A DNA stretch of 64,000 bases from an uncultured Gammaproteobacteria bacterium (lineage in GTDB: Bacteria > Patescibacteriota > Patescibacteriia > JAHIZJ01), in NCBI GenBank assembly GCA_964371245.1, contig CAYJKP010000001.1, positions 507,042 through 571,041 of the forward strand, in the 5' to 3' direction. The notes under the pieces are model-generated. The model saw only the letters and a program-made list of their open reading frames with translations, was not told the DNA's origin and made no database searches. How positions within the stretch are numbered: position 1 is the first letter of the stretch; each line of letters opens with the position of its first letter. Position numbers and translations under genes: made by a program. This document shows, one piece after another, positions 19,198 to 28,282 of the stretch.

Positions 19198-20089
19198 TTA
19201 TACTAATACATTACTACTCGTCGTCGGCCCGACTGCATCTGGAAAATCGGCCTGGGGCGAGCGTCTGGCGAAAAAATACCGCGGCGCTATTCTTTCGGCT
19301 GACTCGCGACAGATCTATAAAGAATTGTCGATTGGCACCAACGCACCGACAAAGCAAATCCAACGACGCATTCCTCATTACTTTATCCAGACCCTCCAAC
19401 CAACAAAGGCGTATTCAGCTGGACAGTTTCAGCGCGAGGCGACGCGAGCGATACACCAGTGCTGGAAAAACCATCATTTGCCGATCGTCATCGGCGGGAC
19501 GGGCTTATACGTCGATGCGTTGGTGAGCGGTTTTTCTTTTCCTACAAAAAAAACCGACCCGGCGCTTCGTCAGCGTTTAAGCCGCTTATCGCTCAGCCAG
19601 CTTTTCACGACACTTCGGCGTCTCGCTCCAAAAACGGCCGCGACCATTGATCAACACAATCGGCACCGCTTGATCAGAACGCTGGAAATCGCCATGCGCA
19701 CGGGCCGAGAACCGATTACGCTGCGTCAGCGCCAGGACCGGTCGTGGAATATTTTGTTGATCGGTGTTTTAATGGATCGGCAAACATTATACCGCCGCAT
19801 CGATCAACGAGTTGACCTGATGATCCGCCGGGGCTTGATTGCCGAGGTACGTCGTTTATCGAAAAAATATTTATGGAAATCGCCGGCCCTGAGCGGTATC
19901 GGCTATAAACAAATCGGGCAATATCTCCGCGGTGCGATTTCCAAAGACGAAGCAATCCGCCTCATTAAACGTGACACTCGCCATTACGCGAAACGGCAGC
20001 TGACGTGGTTTCATCGAAATAAGCAGATACATTGGTTTTCTCATTATACCCAGGCCGAAAAAGCGGTCCGGGCGTTTTTAGTAAATTAA
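19190..20089 (+). CDS. miaA: tRNA dimethylallyltransferase
   Basis: P-loop VVGPTASGKS and ILSADSRQIYKELSIGT. Overlaps the miaB stop; together they form a coherent i6A/ms2i6A tRNA modification pair. Confidence 0.85.
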   Translation: MTNYTNTLLLVVGPTASGKSAWGERLAKKYRGAILSADSRQIYKELSIGTNAPTKQIQRRIPHYFIQTLQPTKAYSAGQFQREATRAIHQCWKNHHLPIVIGGTGLYVDALVSGFSFPTKKTDPALRQRLSRLSLSQLFTTLRRLAPKTAATIDQHNRHRLIRTLEIAMRTGREPITLRQRQDRSWNILLIGVLMDRQTLYRRIDQRVDLMIRRGLIAEVRRLSKKYLWKSPALSGIGYKQIGQYLRGAISKDEAIRLIKRDTRHYAKRQLTWFHRNKQIHWFSHYTQAEKAVRAFLVN

Positions 20090-20133
20090 AAAGGGAGGGT
20101 TTTGGATACCTCCCAGGAAAGAGCTGCGGGGTG

Positions 20134-21600
20134 TTAGGCGAACACCTCGTTTGTGTTGAAGGCCTGCTCGCAGTAGTGGCACTGGACGACTGGCGCGTCC
20201 CTGAATACGCGGAACCGGGGAAAACGAGCCGCCTGCGGATCGAGCCTGGTGATGCAGTTAGAGTTGGGGCAGCGTCCGACCGTGATCATCTCAGCATGCT
20301 GGACGCGCTGCTTGTGGAACTGGCCCTCGCGGAAGACGTTGAAAGTCGCATCCGGTGCGAGGACCCAGACGGCGGCCATTTGTTCAGGCTCGAGGTAACG
20401 GTGCGCCAGGACCAGCGTGTCTTTCCGCCCGCCGGCCACTCGGTGAGATTCGATCCCCTCGGTCAGAACCACGACTCCGTCCTGTTTCTGGCAGATGGAC
20501 TTGAGGACCGAACGGACCATCGATCCGACGCCGAACGGCAAATGATCGATGACCGTACCGTCAGAAATCCTCAGGAAATACCGTTCACGTTCCGCTTTCC
20601 TTTGAATCGCGTCGGCGATGGAACCACGGACTACCCCATCGATCAACGGGGCCGGTACGCTGATGTCGGTAACCTCGTCCAGGCTATTCAGCGAGTGGAG
20701 TAAAGCCGCCATGCGCGCTGGCACCCCCAGCCGCGCCTCCTCATCCATGATCACCTGCGGATGCATCCAGATCTCTGGATGGACTTCACCATCAGCGACT
20801 GGCTGTGGGTGCATAATCAGCACCTTGGGTCCAAGCATCTCAAGTACCGATGCGTTTACGACATAGCGTCCACGGACGCGGTCGTAATCGATCTGGCTGC
20901 CGAAACGTTCCCGCTGTACGCGCGTCACGTAGACGATGTCGCAGCCACGCAACGCCTCGATCGAGTCAGACACGATGACCCCAGGGTGGCCGTTAAGATA
21001 CCAGGGCTGAAGCGCGACCTCAGGCGAAGAAACGAGAACAATCCTGATGTCCGGGAACAACCAGAGCGCCTGGATGAGCGAGTGGATTGTCCGGCTGTTT
21101 TTCAGGTCACCGAGAAAACCGATGCTGAAATCCGACAGCCGGCCGAGCTTCCGCTTGATGGTCAGTAGATCGAGCAGCGCTTGGCTGGGATGCTGGTTGA
21201 TGCCGTCGCCGGCGTTATGCACGGCCGTGCGTAACCCATACCGACGATACATCTCGGCCAACCAGCGGGCCGAACCCTCAACCGGCATTCTCATGACGAG
21301 AACGCCAGCGTTGTAGCCCGATTCCATCCGCCCGAATGCCGACAGCGCCTCGCCTTTTGTCAGCGAGGTGCCCTCTTTGCCACTGATCGTCTTGTGCCTG
21401 AGCCGCAGCAACTGGGCCGCTTCGTCATACGAGTCGCATGTTCTCGTACTCGGTTCAGCGAAGAACAGCACCGCCTTCCGTCCGTCTCGCTGAGCCTGAG
21501 GTTTTCCGGAGAGCGCCGTGACGTCGCACGTTTCGGCTTCACTAAGAATCTGCTCGAGCCATTCGCGCGAAAAATCTGCCGCGCTGATCAGGTGTTTCAT
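20134..21600 (-). CDS. pyrB: Aspartate carbamoyltransferase catalytic chain fused to regulatory chain (PyrB-PyrI fusion)
   Basis: The N-terminal ~310 aa carry PyrB motifs (EPSTRT, NAGDGINQHPSQALLDL, GDLKNSRTIHSL, YVTRVQRER, HPQP). The C-terminal ~150 aa carry PyrI motifs (GTVIDHLP, CPNSNCI, CHYCEQ). The gene is visibly GC-rich. Confidence 0.75.
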   Translation of the reverse strand: MKHLISAADFSREWLEQILSEAETCDVTALSGKPQAQRDGRKAVLFFAEPSTRTCDSYDEAAQLLRLRHKTISGKEGTSLTKGEALSAFGRMESGYNAGVLVMRMPVEGSARWLAEMYRRYGLRTAVHNAGDGINQHPSQALLDLLTIKRKLGRLSDFSIGFLGDLKNSRTIHSLIQALWLFPDIRIVLVSSPEVALQPWYLNGHPGVIVSDSIEALRGCDIVYVTRVQRERFGSQIDYDRVRGRYVVNASVLEMLGPKVLIMHPQPVADGEVHPEIWMHPQVIMDEEARLGVPARMAALLHSLNSLDEVTDISVPAPLIDGVVRGSIADAIQRKAERERYFLRISDGTVIDHLPFGVGSMVRSVLKSICQKQDGVVVLTEGIESHRVAGGRKDTLVLAHRYLEPEQMAAVWVLAPDATFNVFREGQFHKQRVQHAEMITVGRCPNSNCITRLDPQAARFPRFRVFRDAPVVQCHYCEQAFNTNEVFA

Positions 21601-21667
21601 CCGTGTCTTCCCCCTTCCGTGATACTGTGTTTCGTGATGAAAAGATCAGGCTCGTCAGTCGACGGTC

Positions 21668-21698
21668 AAAAAAAATACCCCCGTATCGGGGGCTTTTT
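21668..21698. terminator. Bidirectional intrinsic terminator
   Basis: AAAAAAAA-ACCCCCG-TAT-CGGGGG-CTTTTT between the pyrBI start and the upstream gatB transcription unit. Confidence 0.5.
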
Positions 21699-21809
21699 CA
21701 CACCGTTCTGACTCCTCCTGGCGAGTTGTTTGGTCGTTTATTCACCATATCGAAGACAACGTACCATCTGCAACACCAGGCTGTCAAACTGCAGTTATCC
21801 ACATAACCA

Positions 21810-22049
21810 CTAGGCTGCTTTTCTGACTTCCGGTTTTTCGCCCTTCGCACCATCGTCTGTTTCTTCATCGAGTGGTATTTCATAGCTTCCGTCCGTTTTT
21901 TGACGGAGCCCTTCTTCCGCAAGCCTCTTTTTATGCAGCCGCCGGTTGGCCCGATCAAGCTTCGCCTTATCGATCGGCGTCGGATCGCTGGCACTCTCCG
22001 AAAATTGGCCGAGTTTATATTTTTCTAAACCATCTCCTCGTTCGCTCAT
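21810..22049 (-). CDS. Hypothetical small charged protein
   Basis: 79 aa, Lys/Glu/Asp-rich, immediately downstream of gatB. Whether it is coding is uncertain. Confidence 0.3.
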   Translation of the reverse strand: MSERGDGLEKYKLGQFSESASDPTPIDKAKLDRANRRLHKKRLAEEGLRQKTDGSYEIPLDEETDDGAKGEKPEVRKAA

Positions 22050-22050
22050 A

Positions 22051-23562
22051 TTATCTCAATTTATGGACTAGCATGTCATTAACGATTGCCGGATTCGCTC
22101 GACCGCGCGTTTCCTTCATGACTAAACCAATTAAGAATTGAAGCGTTTCGATCTTCCCTTTTCTATATTGTTCAACCGGTTTTGGATTTTCCGTGATGAC
22201 CTTGTCGATCGCCAGCTCAAGATCCTGAAGCGTGCCCAGCTGCTTGAGATCCTTCTCAACCACGATTTCCGAGGGGTCGCGGCCGGTCTCAAACATTTCT
22301 TTCAAAACTTCCTGCGCGCCGCGTGAGCCGATCTCGCCGCTGTAAATAAGCTTAATAAATTCAGCAAAGTTTTCAGCCGTTATTTTTATATCACCAAAAG
22401 ATCCTTTCGCGTCAATCACGAGCTTCGAGAGTTTATTGATCAACCAGCCAGCCGCTAATCGGATAATTTCTTGCCGGTTTTCCAAAAATTCGCGGCCGCG
22501 TTCCTTCGGTTTCTCGGCCACGAACCAGGCCTTTAATTCTGACACGACCGCTTCAAAATAATCGGCCAATTCTTTGTTTGAAATGACGTATTCGGTGTCA
22601 GCATCGGTTAATTTGAAATGCTCTTTGTACCGGGCATACCGTTGAGCCGGCAATTCCGGCATTTCTGACTGGATAACCTCGATATCTCTTGCTAACTCCA
22701 GCGGCGGGATGTCCGGTTCTGGAAAATACCGGTAATCCGATTCTTCTTCTTTGCCACGCTGTTCAATCGTCACGCCGTCTTTATCGTTCCAGCCTCGCGT
22801 CGTTTGATGATCGGGCGGCTGGCCTTCCTGCCAGAGCGCGGTTTGTCGTTTTTGTTCATAGATTAAGGCCTTTTCGACAGCCTTGAACGAATTCAAATTC
22901 TTTATTTCCGTTTTCGGATAAAATTTCAGGTCGCCGTTCGGTCGGAGCGAGATGTTCGCGTCGCAGCGCAAATGGCCCTTTTCCATATCGGCCCCGGAGA
23001 TATCGAGATAGCGCATGAGCAAGCGCAGTTCTTGAAGGAAAACGCGCGCCACTGTCGGGGTTCGAAAATCCGGCCGCGTAACGATCTCCAATAACGGCGT
23101 TCCGGAACGGTTAAAATCCACCAGGCTGTATTTCAAGCCCGGGGGATGCACCAGCTTGGCCGAATCTTCTTCGAGGTGGACCCGTTCAATACCGATGGTC
23201 GTTTCCTGCCCGTCAATCTTCATCGTATAGACGCCGTTGCTGGCAAGCGGTACGTCGTATTGCGAGATCTGATACCCTTTTGGGAGATCCGGATAGAAAT
23301 AGTTCTTTCGGTCAAACTTCGTCTGTTTCGCCACTTGGCAATTCAGAGCCAAGGCGGCCTTGATGCCCCAGCGCACGGCCGCATCGTTGACCACCGGCAA
23401 TGTTCCTGGCTGGCCGGTACAGATCGAGCAAATGGTCGAGTTCGGCGGCTGATCCTCGCCGGTATTATCGCAACGGCAAAACATCTTGCTTTTCGTTTTA
23501 AGCTGCACGTGTATTTCCAAACCGATGATCGTTTCAAGCTCAAGCGCTATTTTTTTTGCCAT
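22051..23562 (-). CDS. gatB: Asp-tRNA(Asn)/Glu-tRNA(Gln) amidotransferase subunit B
   Basis: N-terminus MAKKIALELETIIGLEIHVQL...MFCRC is typical of GatB, followed by a GatB/YqeY C-terminal domain. 503 aa. Confidence 0.9.
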   Translation of the reverse strand: MAKKIALELETIIGLEIHVQLKTKSKMFCRCDNTGEDQPPNSTICSICTGQPGTLPVVNDAAVRWGIKAALALNCQVAKQTKFDRKNYFYPDLPKGYQISQYDVPLASNGVYTMKIDGQETTIGIERVHLEEDSAKLVHPPGLKYSLVDFNRSGTPLLEIVTRPDFRTPTVARVFLQELRLLMRYLDISGADMEKGHLRCDANISLRPNGDLKFYPKTEIKNLNSFKAVEKALIYEQKRQTALWQEGQPPDHQTTRGWNDKDGVTIEQRGKEEESDYRYFPEPDIPPLELARDIEVIQSEMPELPAQRYARYKEHFKLTDADTEYVISNKELADYFEAVVSELKAWFVAEKPKERGREFLENRQEIIRLAAGWLINKLSKLVIDAKGSFGDIKITAENFAEFIKLIYSGEIGSRGAQEVLKEMFETGRDPSEIVVEKDLKQLGTLQDLELAIDKVITENPKPVEQYRKGKIETLQFLIGLVMKETRGRANPAIVNDMLVHKLR

Positions 23563-24164
23563 ATATCCTTGCCGCGTAGAAATTGTGAAACGATTTCGAG
23601 CACGTCTTCATGGACTTTATTTACGGTTTGATTGGCATTCACTATTTTCCAGCCGTACATTTCACCTAATTTCTGATGCCACTTGCGACAGCGAGCCATG
23701 AGGATATCATCAGTCTCGTGAAGATGATTTTTTTCTTTGCCGTTGGGAAAACGCTCGCCGTCAAATAGAATCGACAAGTCTTCCTTGATCAGCGGGGCGT
23801 TGATTTCAACCAGCCAATCGAGATTAGCGCCCTTGGTCGCGCCCCAGGCCAGCCCGGTGCCCGTATAGTCTTCAGCGACCACGATCTTACCGGCTTGCAG
23901 CTTCTTCTTCAAGGTCTGCTCATACTGAAATCTATTGACCGTGTACCACATCTGAAATTCTTCCTCGCAAATTGGCTGCTCGCTTGTTCGCCGCAAGATA
24001 TAGTTAATATACTCGCCCGATGGTTTCTGCCGATAGACCGGGTATTTCACGTATTCGGCCGGCCAATTGTTGCGCGTCAGAAAATCAACCAGACGCTTGG
24101 CTTGGGTGGTTTTGCCGAGATTATTTATTCCGTAAAACGTTATAAGATAACCGTGGCGTTTCAT
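23547..24164 (-). CDS. Thymidylate kinase-family (dTMP/deoxynucleoside kinase-like) P-loop protein
   Basis: P-loop FYGINNLGKTT, about 205 aa, LID-like region. Overlaps the gatB start by 16 nt. Confidence 0.55.
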   Translation of the reverse strand: MKRHGYLITFYGINNLGKTTQAKRLVDFLTRNNWPAEYVKYPVYRQKPSGEYINYILRRTSEQPICEEEFQMWYTVNRFQYEQTLKKKLQAGKIVVAEDYTGTGLAWGATKGANLDWLVEINAPLIKEDLSILFDGERFPNGKEKNHLHETDDILMARCRKWHQKLGEMYGWKIVNANQTVNKVHEDVLEIVSQFLRGKDIWQKK

Positions 24165-24191
24165 GACATTATTGTATCATTTAATAGAAAA

Positions 24192-24221
24192 TAAAAAAAG
24201 AGCGCATAGCTCTATTTTTTT
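24192..24221. terminator. Bidirectional intrinsic terminator
   Basis: A-run, stem AGAGC/GCTCT with loop GCATA, then T-run. Confidence 0.45.
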
Positions 24222-24229
24222 ACCTGTCT

Positions 24230-24664
24230 TTAGCGAAGAAAAAAGTACCAAATCAACGCAGTGATGCCAATAAATATGGGATAATGCACTGGCAGGGCAA
24301 ACCGACCGACCCGAAACCAGGGATACCACCACACTTTTTCAGGACGAAAATCCCTGAATGGAAATACCGGATTAATGACAAACCAGAGAAAATCTTCGAC
24401 CAATACGCCGACGCAATACGCACACGCGAGCGTGGCCATCATTTTTCCGCTATATCCGTACGCAATCAAAGGCAACAACGTAAACATGGGCAAGGTTACC
24501 ACGAAGAGCATGAAGTGATAGCCGGTTAGGCGCAACCCAAATATTCGCCAAACCCAACCAACCTGTTTCTCGGCTCCGCCGTGCCGGCCCTCGCTGTATG
24601 CCTCCCAGAACGAGATCGAGGCAAAGCCGATAATTATCCAGAAAAAAGTCAGGGTGTAGTTCAT
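24230..24664 (-). CDS. Hypothetical Trp-rich integral membrane protein
   Basis: 144 aa with about four predicted TM helices and no recognizable motif. Confidence 0.4.
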   Translation of the reverse strand: MNYTLTFFWIIIGFASISFWEAYSEGRHGGAEKQVGWVWRIFGLRLTGYHFMLFVVTLPMFTLLPLIAYGYSGKMMATLACAYCVGVLVEDFLWFVINPVFPFRDFRPEKVWWYPWFRVGRFALPVHYPIFIGITALIWYFFLR

Positions 24665-24795
24665 GTCTCCATTATAGCAAAAATAAAATGACTTTCACAC
24701 CCTCCGAGAAAATCATTTTCAGGTCAGGCAGTATTATTGACAGATATGGAGATTATAGTATACTGAAAAGAGTTCAAAATTAATTGTTTTTCTCA

Positions 24796-26295
24796 ATGAT
24801 GAAGAGAAAAATTTTCGTTTTTGGGGCAGTGATCGTCACCGGCCTCTTTTGTGTTGGCCAACGCGCGCAGGCTGTAACTACTGTTGATGCGACACGAACG
24901 CGGATCGATCGCGCCACGATCACCAAAGGCTTCACTGTTATCCATGAAAACGCTCTACGGTTCGCGATCACGCCGAATCAGGTCGACCAGCCAGTCAGGG
25001 TCGTACTCAAAGACGACACCATACGGAATACGCCGCTCCCAAGCGGCAAACGCGCCATCAGCGATTTCTACTCTTTTGATATGCGCGGTTTGGAATCAAA
25101 TCCGATAATCGTACAAAGGCCGTCATGGGTGGCCCTGCGCTACACCACTGACCAGCCGCAAGCTGCCAGGGCATTGTACAACTGGGATGACAACGCCCAA
25201 GCCTGGGTCCGGATGCAGTCGTATGATGTACCCGAGGCAAACGAAATTCGCGCCATTACTCACCTGCCCTACTCCCGAATTGTCGTACTTGAGGACGATA
25301 ATACGTTCATCGGCGCAGCCAGCTGGCTTCATTGGTCAAAAACTATGGCAGCCGCCTCGCGCGACTTCCCCTACGGCACAAGATTATCCGTCACGAACCT
25401 GGAGAATAATTCATCAATCACCGTAACCGTCTATTCCTACGGTCCGTCCCGGTTTGATCGCATCGTCGATCTCTCATCCGATGCTTTTGAAAAATTATAC
25501 CCGCTCTCGGAAGGCACCATCGAACGCGTCAAGGTTGAGCCGTATGTAGAAAAACCGGCCGCCCCAAATATTTCATCGCCCGCCGGTATTGTCATTAACG
25601 CCGACACGGGAACGATCCTGTGGGACAAGAACCTAAATGACGTCCGTTCTATTGCCAGCTTGACCAAATTGATGACTGGACTCGTTTTTCTCGATACAAA
25701 AACACCTTTTGATAAAGTCGTGACAATACCGTCTGCTGATAATGTTGAAGGCGGTAAGTTGTACGTTAGTCCGGCGGAAACATTGACCACGCGCGATTTA
25801 TTCTATTCCATGCTGGTCGGTTCAGCGAATAACGCCGCGCTGGCACTCGCCCGCTCAACCGGTTTATCGCGTGAGGAATTCGTCAGCCGCATGAACGCCA
25901 AGGCAAAGGCGCTGGGTTTGACGAAAACGCATTTTGTCGAACCGTCAGGCCTCGACGTCGGTAACACGTCGACGGCCGCCGAATACGCCATCTTGTCCCG
26001 AGCCGCGCTCAAAGACTTCACTATGCTCCAGGGCACAACCACAAAAGTCTATACCTTCACAACAATCAATACGAATAAGTTTCACAGCATCAAATCAACG
26101 AACGAGCTGTTGAACACCGATTTATACGTCACTGGCGGTAAAACCGGCTTTCTCAATGAATCGCTCTATTGCTTGATGACAAAAATCCGCTCGAAAAACA
26201 ACACCCAATACCTCGCCGTAGTGCTGGGCGCGCCCGATTCGGCCACGCGTTTTCATGAGACAGAAGCCCTGCTCCGTTGGGCCGCGAGTCTTTAA
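24796..26295 (+). CDS. Secreted RlpA-like DPBB domain fused to D-alanyl-D-alanine carboxypeptidase (S11 PBP5/6 type)
   Basis: Signal peptide. A DPBB-like block (YGTRLSVTNLENNSSITVTVYSYGPSRFDRIVDLSSDAF) is followed by SxxK (SLTK), SxN (SAN) and KTG motifs. TTGACA-16-TATACT promoter at ~24737-24764. Confidence 0.75.
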   Translation: MMKRKIFVFGAVIVTGLFCVGQRAQAVTTVDATRTRIDRATITKGFTVIHENALRFAITPNQVDQPVRVVLKDDTIRNTPLPSGKRAISDFYSFDMRGLESNPIIVQRPSWVALRYTTDQPQAARALYNWDDNAQAWVRMQSYDVPEANEIRAITHLPYSRIVVLEDDNTFIGAASWLHWSKTMAAASRDFPYGTRLSVTNLENNSSITVTVYSYGPSRFDRIVDLSSDAFEKLYPLSEGTIERVKVEPYVEKPAAPNISSPAGIVINADTGTILWDKNLNDVRSIASLTKLMTGLVFLDTKTPFDKVVTIPSADNVEGGKLYVSPAETLTTRDLFYSMLVGSANNAALALARSTGLSREEFVSRMNAKAKALGLTKTHFVEPSGLDVGNTSTAAEYAILSRAALKDFTMLQGTTTKVYTFTTINTNKFHSIKSTNELLNTDLYVTGGKTGFLNESLYCLMTKIRSKNNTQYLAVVLGAPDSATRFHETEALLRWAASL

Positions 26296-26326
26296 CCACC
26301 ATCGTCAAACATTATTAACGGCCGCT

Positions 26327-28273
26327 ATGCGCAAACCTGCCGTTTTTCCCCTGATCGTTCTGGCCGCCGGACTGATCGCGTCGGTACTCTGGTATGCCCG
26401 CTCACTTCAAGTGGGCTTCTTAGCTGACGACTACGACTTTCTCGAACACGTCGCGATTGCTGAAACGCAACCGCACCCGGTTTGGTCATTGGCGCGGACC
26501 TCGATCGGCGGCGCTTCTTTTTTTCGGCCGATTATCAATCTGTCGTTTTGGTCGGATTATCAACTGTATCAGTATCAGGCAACCGGTTTTCATCTCTCGA
26601 ATATCCTTCTCTTCGGCTTGTCCGTCGGCCTGACCGTCCTCTTGGTGGAAAAACTGACGCGACATAAGCCGACCGCCATTGCCGCCGGACTGATATTTCT
26701 CATCAATCCCTTTGCTTCGGAAAGCGTCACCTGGATCGCCGGCCGAACCGACCTCTGGATGCTCGCCGGTTTGGTTTTTACCCTCTATGCCTTTTCGCGC
26801 TATCGCTCCAAACCGTCGCTGGTCTGGTTTTTATTGTTTCTCTTGGGAAGCCTCGGCGCGTTATTCAGCAAAGAAAACGGCATCGTTTTTTTGCCGTTGA
26901 TTATTATTATCGACCTTTTTTTCTATCAGGCGTGGTCGACTTTTTGCCAGAACCTGAAGAACTGGCGCGCCCTGGTCAGATTTATCTTGCCGTATGCCGG
27001 CGCCATTATTTGCTTAGGACTATTTTTCCTGCTGCGCCGCCACATTTTGGGATTTTTACTGGCCAATACAAATTCATTTGGCAATTCATACTTCACCTAT
27101 CCGGCCCTCGCCGACCTTTGGTCGCTCGCCCAGTACCTCTCAGTCAAGATTCTCTCAACCATCGGGTATTCCTGGCTCGGCATTTCGAAAAAGCTGTTTC
27201 TCGGTTTATACGCGGCCGGACTGATTTCCGCTATTATTGTTTTTATCCGACTATTTGCCCGGAATAATCGCATGTTTATTCGGCGGGTGATTTTTGGAAT
27301 TGTTTGTACGCTCATCCTCGCGCTTCCAATATCGGGATTTTTCTCGTTTGTCGGCCCAGACCATAGCAATGTCAGGTTTCTCTATGTACCAATGACCGGA
27401 ATCGCAATCACCTTGGGCGTCTTATTCGGATCGTTGAGGCAACGATTTTGGCGGATCATATCGATGATCGGCTTTTTTGTAATATTCATCGTCTGGTCCA
27501 TCGGCTCGTGGCAGGGCCAGACGCGCTATGTGCTCGCACACACTGAAATGGAAAAAGTCTTTACCTCTTTTAACCAGCAGGTACGACCGGCGCTGGCTAC
27601 CCAAACGCAACCAGGCCTATTGTTGGCCAATTTGCCCGGCACTCGCGACGGCGTCCGCATCACCCCGGCGAACATTGATTTCGCGCTTGGCCTCCGTTTT
27701 CCCGAAACAAAGAAAGCGGTCATCCAAATGTACGGCATCGTGCCTATCCCGGATTCGCTGCTCTGCCAGCTGTCACCTGGTTCTCGCCAGGCAACCTCGG
27801 TTTTTTCATATGTCTGGAAAAACGAGGCATTCGCGACCGCAGATGTGCCGGGCCGTTTTCTGGCCAAACCAAAAAACAACGGGGTTTTGCTTAGCCCGCT
27901 GAAAACCGGCGTGGCTGATACCGCCTTTCCTTTTGTTATCCTCACTGGGTATAGACTAACCTGGCAGAATACCGACACCCCCTTTGAAACGAATGGTTTA
28001 CATCAACTGGTCATACCGATTGAATCAGTCAGCGGGAAGCTTTCTGCCGGCCAGCCGCATATTCGATTTGGTTTTAGCGAGACAACGCAAATCCAGAGCG
28101 ATGACATCATCGCCGTCCCGATCACTCAGGCCATGCTCGACCAAGGAGCGATCACGCTCGACCTCTGCCAATACCCCCGTTTCTATCAATTTCCTAGCCA
28201 TCGCGCTTTTTCCTGGGAATGGCGCAACCTGGGCAATCTGTCTCTCACCATTGATGCGCCGCGTTTTGAATAA
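26327..28273 (+). CDS. Large polytopic membrane protein, putative GT-C-fold glycosyltransferase
   Basis: 649 aa with more than ten TM helices and a DDYDF motif near the first periplasmic loop. Adjacent to an ArnT/PMT-family gene. Confidence 0.45.
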   Translation: MRKPAVFPLIVLAAGLIASVLWYARSLQVGFLADDYDFLEHVAIAETQPHPVWSLARTSIGGASFFRPIINLSFWSDYQLYQYQATGFHLSNILLFGLSVGLTVLLVEKLTRHKPTAIAAGLIFLINPFASESVTWIAGRTDLWMLAGLVFTLYAFSRYRSKPSLVWFLLFLLGSLGALFSKENGIVFLPLIIIIDLFFYQAWSTFCQNLKNWRALVRFILPYAGAIICLGLFFLLRRHILGFLLANTNSFGNSYFTYPALADLWSLAQYLSVKILSTIGYSWLGISKKLFLGLYAAGLISAIIVFIRLFARNNRMFIRRVIFGIVCTLILALPISGFFSFVGPDHSNVRFLYVPMTGIAITLGVLFGSLRQRFWRIISMIGFFVIFIVWSIGSWQGQTRYVLAHTEMEKVFTSFNQQVRPALATQTQPGLLLANLPGTRDGVRITPANIDFALGLRFPETKKAVIQMYGIVPIPDSLLCQLSPGSRQATSVFSYVWKNEAFATADVPGRFLAKPKNNGVLLSPLKTGVADTAFPFVILTGYRLTWQNTDTPFETNGLHQLVIPIESVSGKLSAGQPHIRFGFSETTQIQSDDIIAVPITQAMLDQGAITLDLCQYPRFYQFPSHRAFSWEWRNLGNLSLTIDAPRFE

Positions 28274-28282
28274 ACAACTTTT

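Noticed and set aside
20032-21711. Plus-strand ORFs of 82-223 aa across the pyrBI region
   Set aside because: They are antisense to a well-supported PyrB-PyrI ORF. They are artefacts of high GC with few stop codons.
26255-26326. Longer start for the GT-C-like membrane protein (MRQKPCSVGPRVFNHH...)
   Set aside because: It overlaps the 3' end of the carboxypeptidase gene. The internal ATG at 26327 (MRKPAVFPLIV) directly precedes the first TM helix.
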